A DNA stretch of 32,000 bases, from the NCBI GenBank assembly GCA_038823825.1, contig JAWBCC010000001.1, positions 300,001 to 332,000 of the forward strand, written 5' to 3'. The stretch comes from Candidatus Hadarchaeales archaeon (GTDB lineage Archaea; Hadarchaeota; Hadarchaeia; Hadarchaeales; Hadarchaeaceae). The notes under the pieces were generated by a model. The model was not told the DNA's origin, made no database searches, and saw only the letters and a list, made by a program, of their open reading frames with translations. Of the stretch, positions 8,394 through 15,530 are shown in pieces; position 1 is the stretch's first letter; every line of letters starts with the position of its first letter. The translations under genes were made by a program, and so were the position numbers.

Positions 8394-10083
8394 CTACCAC
8401 TCTAATTATGAAATTTTCCTCCTTAAATGACCAGCGGTAGCTTAGGCATGAGTGAATATAACCCAACAAGGTTTTCTGTAACAAGTTTTGATTTGGATAA
8501 TCAAAAATCTCCTCTACCCCGTCCCAGATTTTTATGACAACGCTCCACTGTCCCCACCAAATCACAACATCCAAGAATGGGAGATAAATCGGTGTTGCGG
8601 TTCGGTTGCCAATGACTCCAGATAAATCCTCACGAAAATACTCGACACTCTTTATTTTCAGATCGTGATAGACGGAAACAAACGGAGAACACTCCGATCT
8701 AGGTGGAAACGTCTTGTAAAGAGTTTCTCTGGACATCTCAGGAATATCCAATTGGGAAACGTGAAACTCAAATTCGGGCTCCGGTGAAGAGATTTTAGCA
8801 AGATCCGATAAAATTCCAGAAAGTAACTCCAAGACAGCCATGATGGAAGGCGGAGAGTTTTCATCGAAATAAATTTTAAAAATTCCTCGGATCTTCTCTC
8901 CAGCGATTTCGTGTTCGATGCGAATTTCTTTTGGTTTTACAGTTGAAAAGAGACTTCGAAGGATGTTTTCTGCTTCTTTAGTTTCACGCTGGTTTAACAT
9001 TCGTTGAGCGGTTTTTATTTCAGCGATTATTTTTGAAATTCCAATTTCCAGCTGTTCGGCTATTGATGGAGCATCGTTTTCTGGCCGCTTGCACATTCCT
9101 TGAATGATTCTGCTGCTTATCTTTCCAGGCTCTCTATGGCTTAAAACATTTTGCAGAAGTTTTATGGCATTCTCGAGATCTTTCTCTACAAGCTCCAGAA
9201 GGTTCAGCTCTCCATCGATCGTCTTTTCCACCTTCTGATGCGACGAATACAGAATCTCATAAATTTGCAGAAAAGCTGATTTTAACTCTCTTAAACTATT
9301 GATTTCGGAAGAGATAAGCTCTATTTTTTCGGTAAAAAAATCAAGTTCGGAAATATCTAGCCAATCGGCAGATCTAAATATCTCCTCTTCAGCTTTGCAC
9401 CATGCGTACCGGAAGAGCACCTCATCAGAACTTCGGTCCAAGTGTACGATTCCGTTTATCAACGCCTCGCTCCATGCTCTGAAATAAAGCATTTTTTCCA
9501 AAGTTTCAATGACTTTTGCTTGGTGTTCTCTGATAAAGTTGTCCATAAGATTCTCCAACAGGAAAAATCTCACTTTTATCGGAGTTTCAATTTTCCAGAT
9601 TTTTTTGCTGGCAATGATTGTGCCTTCTGGATTTTTTATCTCAACTAACAAACCAAGTGGAAAATATGCCCGCGCAATAATGAAATCTCCGGTACTTGAG
9701 AACCTCACAACTGGAGCAGAGATAAACAGGTTTATTTTCTCACCACTGTTTTGGAATGAGTCAATAACTGCTTGCAAATGTTGCGCGAAATATCCAGATG
9801 CGATAATCCCGGCTACTTCTTCAACGTTAGGATGGTATTGTTCAGCTCTTTGTGAAGCCTCGATCAAAGCTCGCTCAGCGGACCAGCGGAGTATATCCTT
9901 CATCGATGAGCAAAGAAAAGAAATTCTCCAGTCCAAATCATCGAATTCTTTTTGCATCATTGTTTGCATTTTTCTTTCATGATTTCTCCAGAGCAGATAT
10001 GCGGCAAGATTGGAGCTTAGAATCAAAAGAATTACACCAGTGGCAGTTAAGGGAAGAAACCCTCGAACGCTCACCTTTAGCAA
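8356..10083 (-). CDS. Large pilin-like/pseudopilin-like hypothetical protein, N-terminal membrane anchor plus long coiled-coil/globular ectodomain
   Basis: 575 aa, VRGFLPLTATGVILLILSSNLAAYLLW N-terminus. TTG start at 10083 is preceded by SD-like GAGGTGA; GTG at 10074 is possible. Confidence 0.8.
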   Translation of the reverse strand: MLKVSVRGFLPLTATGVILLILSSNLAAYLLWRNHERKMQTMMQKEFDDLDWRISFLCSSMKDILRWSAERALIEASQRAEQYHPNVEEVAGIIASGYFAQHLQAVIDSFQNSGEKINLFISAPVVRFSSTGDFIIARAYFPLGLLVEIKNPEGTIIASKKIWKIETPIKVRFFLLENLMDNFIREHQAKVIETLEKMLYFRAWSEALINGIVHLDRSSDEVLFRYAWCKAEEEIFRSADWLDISELDFFTEKIELISSEINSLRELKSAFLQIYEILYSSHQKVEKTIDGELNLLELVEKDLENAIKLLQNVLSHREPGKISSRIIQGMCKRPENDAPSIAEQLEIGISKIIAEIKTAQRMLNQRETKEAENILRSLFSTVKPKEIRIEHEIAGEKIRGIFKIYFDENSPPSIMAVLELLSGILSDLAKISSPEPEFEFHVSQLDIPEMSRETLYKTFPPRSECSPFVSVYHDLKIKSVEYFREDLSGVIGNRTATPIYLPFLDVVIWWGQWSVVIKIWDGVEEIFDYPNQNLLQKTLLGYIHSCLSYRWSFKEENFIIRVVVISPEPFYFSEI

Positions 10084-10580
10084 ATTTTCACCTCAACCTT
10101 TAAGCTGATCTTTCCGTCCATGGGGCAAAAAAGTGTGGCAGATACAACAGTAGCAGGCCTGTCTATATTTTCTCCGGCATGAAGAGAAAAGCCAATTTCT
10201 GTGGATGTTATGTCCAAAGCAACGAGAAATCCTCGAGTATAGAGACTTGTGATTTTTCTGTCCAACGCCATTTGTAGGTTTTCTGCTAATTTTCTTCCTA
10301 TTTCCGGCTCATGGATATAAAGGAATGCGGATTCCGTAATGATTTCTGCCCAGCTTTTACCAGAGAGATTTTTACTATATCCTTCAATCTGATAGCCAAT
10401 CTCGTCTCCGGCCGTTGAAAAAAGTAAAGAATTGAGAATGCTATGCGCGAGATCATCTATATGTCTGTCCCTAGCGTCCATAGCGTTCGCAGAAATAAGC
10501 AATGTTATTCCCGTGGAGATGAGGACGTAGAAGACAAGTAGATCTATCAGAGTGGAGTTTCCTCTTACGCTCGTTATCAT
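10077..10580 (-). CDS. Pilin-like single-pass hypothetical protein
   Basis: Track ORF starts at 10676, but ATG at 10580 (ATGA overlap with the upstream gene) gives MITSVRGNSTLIDLLVFYVLISTGITLLISANAMDARDR. Confidence 0.78.
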   Translation of the reverse strand: MITSVRGNSTLIDLLVFYVLISTGITLLISANAMDARDRHIDDLAHSILNSLLFSTAGDEIGYQIEGYSKNLSGKSWAEIITESAFLYIHEPEIGRKLAENLQMALDRKITSLYTRGFLVALDITSTEIGFSLHAGENIDRPATVVSATLFCPMDGKISLKVEVKIC

Positions 10581-10960
10581 TTTCTCCACACATAGCAACT
10601 CAAGACGGAATCCTGCGGAAAATCCTGCTTTGGCCACGCACAAAATAGCACGATCTTTGAGTAATTTCTCGGACACCCTTCACCGAGAGAAAAAAGAATT
10701 TCGCCCCGCGAATCAACGATTTCCATTTTTATTTCCATTCCAGAATGTTCAAAAAACTCCTTCTGATTTTTCAACCACTCTATTGATTCTTCAGTACTAT
10801 ACATGCTTAGAGTAACAAAACCCCTGGATAAGTCCAACGCAACTTCTAATTCGCTCTTTCTTTCGGAAGCTTTCATAGCGTTCGAACAAACAAGCATGAA
10901 AATCGTAAAACCAGCCACGGCGAAACCGGCCGCAAGGAGATCAGTCGGAGTCGAAAGCAT
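10577..10960 (-). CDS. Pilin-like single-pass hypothetical protein
   Basis: Internal ATG at 10960 gives MLSTPTDLLAAGFAVAGFTIFMLVCSNAMKASERK; overlaps the upstream gene by 20 nt. Confidence 0.7.
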   Translation of the reverse strand: MLSTPTDLLAAGFAVAGFTIFMLVCSNAMKASERKSELEVALDLSRGFVTLSMYSTEESIEWLKNQKEFFEHSGMEIKMEIVDSRGEILFSLGEGCPRNYSKIVLFCAWPKQDFPQDSVLSCYVWRK

Positions 10961-11375
10961 ACGCGGTCTCCAGCAAGATGCTATAATTTCTCTTTTCAAG
11001 AACAACAAAAGCAGGATTTTTTGCCACAATTTCAAAAAGTCCATTGTTAATGATGCATTGTATTTGAAGAAATCTCCTATATTCCGGATGCTCTGCATCC
11101 TCTACTACTAAGAGTTGTCCATAGGGAGAGCTCTCTCCATAGAACACAAAGGTGGCAGGTTGTCTGTCGAGGAATGATAGCCGAACCTTATAATCCCATG
11201 GCGAAACTGCTACTCTTTGCACGGTATTTGTTATCAATTCAGCGTTAAGCATCATCTGTTCGGATTTCGCTTTTTTGTCAATGCTCCCGATAAACAGAAT
11301 TGCTAAGCAAAACATCGCGGAAGAAAAAACTCCTAATGCAAGCTTGCTCGTAAAAAAGTCGACTAGTGTTTCCAT
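10941..11375 (-). CDS. Pilin-like single-pass hypothetical protein
   Basis: 144 aa, METLVDFFTSKLALGVFSSAMFCLAILFIGSIDKKAKSEQ then a probable beta-rich ectodomain; overlaps the upstream gene by 13 nt. Confidence 0.75.
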   Translation of the reverse strand: METLVDFFTSKLALGVFSSAMFCLAILFIGSIDKKAKSEQMMLNAELITNTVQRVAVSPWDYKVRLSFLDRQPATFVFYGESSPYGQLLVVEDAEHPEYRRFLQIQCIINNGLFEIVAKNPAFVVLEKRNYSILLETAYAFDSD

Positions 11376-11737
11376 TCTTTAACCTCCAGTCTTGAGTTAT
11401 CGTCTACAGACAAAAGATAGTCTCCGTATACGAGCGTGATACTGGAGGCGGTTACCGGCAACATGCTTGAGCGAACTATCTCTTCATCTAGCCAGGCCTC
11501 AATTAATCTGTCACGTAGAATGATTTTTCCGCTACTTCTTATTTGAACTACTCTTTCCCCTCCATTCGAGATTTCATGGATGGTTTCTCGGATTCTGTAA
11601 AAATCTTCAATCAATTTTTGTTTTTCCAGATTTCGCTGCAAGATTCTTAGTCCGGATATTCCGATTAACACAGTGCCACATGCAAGCACGACGGACAGAA
11701 GCAACACAACTGGCAAAGAAGAGAAACCCCTATTCAT
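11363..11737 (-). CDS. Pilin-like single-pass hypothetical protein
   Basis: ATG at 11737 overlaps the upstream stop (TAATG): MNRGFSSLPVVLLLSVVLACGTVLIGISGLRILQRN. Arg-Gly directly precedes the hydrophobic helix. Confidence 0.78.
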   Translation of the reverse strand: MNRGFSSLPVVLLLSVVLACGTVLIGISGLRILQRNLEKQKLIEDFYRIRETIHEISNGGERVVQIRSSGKIILRDRLIEAWLDEEIVRSSMLPVTASSITLVYGDYLLSVDDNSRLEVKEWKH

Positions 11738-12114
11738 TATCTCACGGCGATCTGACCTTCCCAAGGTAGATAATTTGGTGCTGTGACTCTAACGGTGGCT
11801 ATAACCCCGCTTGGAACTATAAAACTAGCTGAATTTCCGCTTGGTGTTATCGCATCTCTCCCAGCTGGGTAACTGATCTCTATTGTTGGGCTGTTCAGAG
11901 GCACCCCGCTGGACGCATCGTATACTTCGACCAAAACCTTCTTTTTGCTAGAAGAATAGTCTTGTACTCTCAGGTTCACTCGCATGTCCGAGATAATGGA
12001 TCTTTGTGCAGTTCCGATAAATCGCGAAAGAACCCCTAGACAGAGCATGCCGACAACAAGTGCCATCACAAGTTTGATGGGAAGATCCATCATTTGACCA
12101 CGATTATTCATCAT
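11737..12114 (-). CDS. Class III signal-like N-terminus fused to a small PEGA/carboxypeptidase-regulatory-like beta domain
   Basis: 125 aa, MMNNRGQMMDLPIKLVMALVVGMLCLGVL...KKVLVEVYDASSGVPLNSPTIEISYPAG...SFIVPSGVIATVRVTAPNYLPWEGQIAVR. Confidence 0.75.
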   Translation of the reverse strand: MMNNRGQMMDLPIKLVMALVVGMLCLGVLSRFIGTAQRSIISDMRVNLRVQDYSSSKKKVLVEVYDASSGVPLNSPTIEISYPAGRDAITPSGNSASFIVPSGVIATVRVTAPNYLPWEGQIAVR

Positions 12115-12170
12115 CGCCGATGCCTTGGGTGGAGGTGATTTAAATATACGTTTACAGATGTGTGTTTTTG

Positions 12171-12734
12171 ATGGTCCGTCTCTTCATAGCGGTCAACTTG
12201 CCAGAAGATCTGCGCGAGAAGCTCGCTTCTATTCAGAAGGAGTTTCCAAAAGTCTCTCTGAAATTTGTTGAACCAGAGAATCTTCATCTAACGCTAAAAT
12301 TCTTAGGCGAAACCCCTACAGGAAAGATCGAAGACATAAAAAAAGCAATTTCTATCGCTGTTCAGCACAGTTATTCATTTGAACTGGAAGTCGCAGGTCT
12401 AGGCGCCTTCCCAGATTTGCGGAGGAGTAGAGTGATTTGGGCAGGAGTAAGAAAAGGAAACCAAGATGTCATCAATCTTCAACGGAGCATAGATAGGACA
12501 CTTGCTGAGCATGGTTTCCCGCTAGAGAAAGACTTTCATCCCCATGTAACTTTAGCTCGCGTAAAGTCAGCAGTAGATGCTCGTCAAATAGTTGAATTTA
12601 TACGCGAAGTCGGCTCTCGAGTGTTCGGTTCTTTCTGTGTGAAAGAAGTAGACCTCATGCAGAGTACGCTAACCCCTCGAGGACCCATCTATACGAAGAT
12701 TTTCTCGGCTCAACTTTTAGACCGAAAAGAATAA
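12171..12734 (+). CDS. thpR: RNA 2',3'-cyclic phosphodiesterase / 2'-5' RNA ligase
   Basis: MVRLFIAVNLPEDL, two H-x-T/V-x motifs HLTLKFLG and HPHVTLAR. The track start at 12162 is GTG; ATG is at 12171. Confidence 0.93.
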   Translation: MVRLFIAVNLPEDLREKLASIQKEFPKVSLKFVEPENLHLTLKFLGETPTGKIEDIKKAISIAVQHSYSFELEVAGLGAFPDLRRSRVIWAGVRKGNQDVINLQRSIDRTLAEHGFPLEKDFHPHVTLARVKSAVDARQIVEFIREVGSRVFGSFCVKEVDLMQSTLTPRGPIYTKIFSAQLLDRKE

Positions 12735-12756
12735 ACCCTCCAAGGCAGAGTAGGTA

Positions 12757-12825
12757 GTGCCCCGATGATGTTACGACATCGGCTGAGTGTCCGATGATTA
12801 GAATGACGGGCGAGCTGAGGGGCAC
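12757..12825 (+). ncRNA. Box C/D sRNA (2'-O-methylation guide)
   Basis: Stem GTGCCCC (12757-12763)/GGGGCAC (12819-12825), C ATGATGT (12765-12771), D' CTGA (12783-12786), C' ATGATTA (12794-12800), D CTGA (12815-12818). It lies in the only sizeable gap of its neighbourhood. Confidence 0.82.
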
Positions 12826-12874
12826 CAATTGTTTGCGTAATCATTCCTAAAAAGGATGAGATTATCACTATTTT

Positions 12875-13642
12875 GTGAAGGATATGCTAGCAAAGCGCAT
12901 AATACCATGCTTAGATGTAAATAAAGGAAGGGTTGTCAAAGGCATTAAATTTCAAAATCTAAGAGAAGCTGGCGATCCTGCAGAGTTGGCAAAGTTTTAT
13001 GAAGAGCAAGGTGCAGACGAAATAGTTTTTCTAGATATAGGAGCCTCGCCAGAAGGAAGAGAAGCGATGTTCGATGTTGTAAGACGTACCGCAGAAACTT
13101 TGTTTGTTCCTTTAACAGTTGGTGGTGGGATGAGATCCATAAACGACATAGAGCGAATGCTGAAGAGCGGGGCCGATAAAGTAGCTATAAATACGGCCGC
13201 GGTCGAGAATCCCCAGCTCGTGAAGCTAGCATCAGAGAAATTCGGCAGCCAGTGTATTGTCATCGCGATTGATGCGAAGTCGGTGGGGAAGGATAAATGG
13301 GAGGTTTATACATACGGAGGAAGAAAGCCTACAGGTCTCGACGCGATTGAATGGGCAAGAAAGGTTGAAAAACTTGGAGCCGGAGAAATCCTCCTAACGA
13401 GTATGGATGCAGACGGCACTCAACAGGGATATGATATTCCCCTTACGAAAGCCGTGTGTGAAGCCGTGAATATTCCGGTTATTGCATCTGGTGGAGCTGG
13501 AACTCTCGAGCACATTTATGAAGTTTTTGTCAAGACTTCCGCGGATGCGGCTCTCGCAGCCAGCATTTTTCATTTTGGTAAGTATACAGTCGGAGATGTA
13601 AAACGCTATTTGATGGAAAGAGGAATACCAGTGAGGAGCTGA
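12875..13642 (+). CDS. hisF: Imidazole glycerol phosphate synthase cyclase subunit
   Basis: 255 aa, [31 protein letters not shown]...DITSMDADG-type core [16 protein letters not shown]. Confidence 0.98.
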   Translation: MKDMLAKRIIPCLDVNKGRVVKGIKFQNLREAGDPAELAKFYEEQGADEIVFLDIGASPEGREAMFDVVRRTAETLFVPLTVGGGMRSINDIERMLKSGADKVAINTAAVENPQLVKLASEKFGSQCIVIAIDAKSVGKDKWEVYTYGGRKPTGLDAIEWARKVEKLGAGEILLTSMDADGTQQGYDIPLTKAVCEAVNIPVIASGGAGTLEHIYEVFVKTSADAALAASIFHFGKYTVGDVKRYLMERGIPVRS

Positions 13643-13644
13643 AG

Positions 13645-14241
13645 ATGGTTAAAATTTCCATCGTCGATTATGGAGTGGGAAATCTGCACAGTATAAGAAA
13701 AGCTATTGAATTCTCGGGAGCAAAAGTTTTGGTCACAAAAGATCCAAAAATTTTGAGAGGCTGCGATGCAATAGTTTTGCCCGGGGTGGGGGCTTTTAGT
13801 GGGGCAATGAGCGAAATGCCAAAAGAAATCGTCATTGAAGAAGCGCTCTCGGGGAAGCCGATTTTCGGAATTTGTCTTGGAATGCAACTTCTCTTTGAGT
13901 ATAACGAAGAGGGAAATGGAAATGGTCTCTGTCTTGTGAAGGGGAGAGTTGTGAGATTACCCAATACGGTGAAGATACCACACATAGGATGGAACATAGT
14001 TGAGATAGTGAAAAATCATCCGATCGTCAAAGAAATTCCGGCACAAGTTTACATGTATTTTGTGCATTCTTATTATGTTCAAGCGAAGGACAAGGAGATC
14101 TCGCTCGCGAATAGCAAATATGGTGTGGAGTTTCCTTCCATAATCGCATCAGAAAACATTTTCGGCACTCAGTTCCATCCAGAGAAAAGCGGCGTGCATG
14201 GTCTCAAAATCATAAAGAATTTCGTAAGTCTTTTAAAGTGA
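13645..14241 (+). CDS. hisH: Imidazole glycerol phosphate synthase amidotransferase subunit
   Basis: 198 aa, VDYGVGNLHSIRKA, PGVGAFSGAM, GICLGMQLLF, FGTQFHPEKSG. Confidence 0.98.
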   Translation: MVKISIVDYGVGNLHSIRKAIEFSGAKVLVTKDPKILRGCDAIVLPGVGAFSGAMSEMPKEIVIEEALSGKPIFGICLGMQLLFEYNEEGNGNGLCLVKGRVVRLPNTVKIPHIGWNIVEIVKNHPIVKEIPAQVYMYFVHSYYVQAKDKEISLANSKYGVEFPSIIASENIFGTQFHPEKSGVHGLKIIKNFVSLLK

Positions 14242-14272
14242 TTTGTAGACTTCTTTTGACGGAGGTGAAAAA

Positions 14273-14611
14273 GTGGAAGTAAAAGTTATTGGCCCCATTG
14301 CTTGGTACATTGGCTTACTAATAGCAATAGCTGCAGCTTTCATCGAACCAAGCGGAATTCTTTACCTAGCTCTGGCTATTATCGGTGTGGTCGTAGGTTT
14401 GCTCAACATAACAGCGAAGGAAACAACACCATTTTTGCTTGCTTCGACCGCTTTCATAGTCGCCGCATATACAATGCGTATGCTGGTCGGTGCACAGATT
14501 TCTCTCAGCGAAAATATCATCAGGCTGGCTACAAACTTAGTCGTTCTGATTGGGTCTGGGGCAATGTTAATTGCCCTTAAAGCGATTTACGACATGGCTA
14601 AGGGCGAGTAA
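14273..14611 (+). CDS. Small four-helix membrane protein, unknown function
   Basis: 112 aa GTG-start ORF with upstream GGAGGTGA and four hydrophobic segments. Confidence 0.75.
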   Translation: MEVKVIGPIAWYIGLLIAIAAAFIEPSGILYLALAIIGVVVGLLNITAKETTPFLLASTAFIVAAYTMRMLVGAQISLSENIIRLATNLVVLIGSGAMLIALKAIYDMAKGE

Positions 14612-14612
14612 G

Positions 14613-14636
14613 TTTTTTGCTTTCCTTTATTTTTTT
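14613..14636 (+). terminator. Oligo-T type archaeal terminator
   Basis: ttttttgctttcctttattttttt directly after the stop of the preceding ORF. Confidence 0.5.
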
Positions 14637-14663
14637 ATTCTTTTAAGGACGAAATTATGACGT

Positions 14664-15530
14664 ATGAAAATATCGATGAGGATGATACCACGCATTGAAA
14701 AGAAAGCGAGCAGATTGCATCTCAAGTTGGAAGAACTAGCTGGAATGATCGATCACACACTCCTTCAGCCATATGAGGGAAGAAAAGCAATTGAGAGGCT
14801 TTGCGAGGAGGCTTCTAAATACCGGTTTAGGTGCGTATGCGTTCATCCTTACTGGCTTAAACTCTCTCGCGTAAAATTGGCCGGAACTGGTGTAGGCCTG
14901 GCAACTGTAGTCGGTTTCCCGCACGGTTTGGAGGGGGTAGAAGCCAAGGTGGAAGAAACGAGACTTGCGATCAAAGCCGGTGCCGATGAAATCGACATGG
15001 TGATGAACATCGCTGCCTTTCTAGATGGAATGTATACGGAAGTAGAACGAGAAATCGAAGGAGTCGTTAAAGCAGCCGACGGAAAAGTAGTCAAGGTAAT
15101 ACTTGAAGCAGGTTTTCTCACATACGAGCAAGTAATAAAAGCCTGCAAAATCGTGAAGAGTGCTGGCGCGGATTTCGTTAAGACATCAACTGGTTTCGGT
15201 CCGATGGGAGCAACTGTACTTCACGTTTTCCTTATGCGAAAAGCCGTAGGCAGAGATTTTGGAGTAAAGGCTTCTGGAGGCATAAGGAACTTCAGAGATG
15301 CTTTAAGAATGATTGCGGCGGGGGCGAATAGAATAGGCACGAGTGCAGGGGTGGCGATTATCGAGGGATACAAAAAGGAAAAGAACTTGGCCTGGATACC
15401 GGAAATTCCCTGCAATCTCTGTCCAAGTGGAAAGTTGGATCCAAAAATACCACCCACACTTTACCAGTATTATTCAGAAAAATGTATAGATTGTCCATTC
15501 AGGAAATATAGATTAAAATCCAAAGGTTAG
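14664..15530 (+). CDS. deoC: Deoxyribose-phosphate aldolase with Cys-rich C-terminal extension
   Basis: 288 aa, MIDHTLLQPY, VCVHPYW, TVVGFPHG, ADEIDMVMNI, ADFVKTSTGF, VKASGGIR, then CNLC...CIDC tail. Confidence 0.94.
   Translation: MKISMRMIPRIEKKASRLHLKLEELAGMIDHTLLQPYEGRKAIERLCEEASKYRFRCVCVHPYWLKLSRVKLAGTGVGLATVVGFPHGLEGVEAKVEETRLAIKAGADEIDMVMNIAAFLDGMYTEVEREIEGVVKAADGKVVKVILEAGFLTYEQVIKACKIVKSAGADFVKTSTGFGPMGATVLHVFLMRKAVGRDFGVKASGGIRNFRDALRMIAAGANRIGTSAGVAIIEGYKKEKNLAWIPEIPCNLCPSGKLDPKIPPTLYQYYSEKCIDCPFRKYRLKSKG

Noticed and set aside
10581-10676. N-terminal extension of the 10077-10676 ORF (MSEKLLKDRAILCVAKAGFSAG...)
   Set aside because: It overlaps the upstream gene by about 100 nt and would put the membrane helix internal; ATG at 10580 with ATGA coupling is far more likely.
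10961-11098. N-terminal extension of the 10577-11098 ORF
   Set aside because: Lies within the preceding gene and looks like read-through of an open frame; ATG at 10960 gives a proper single-anchor protein.
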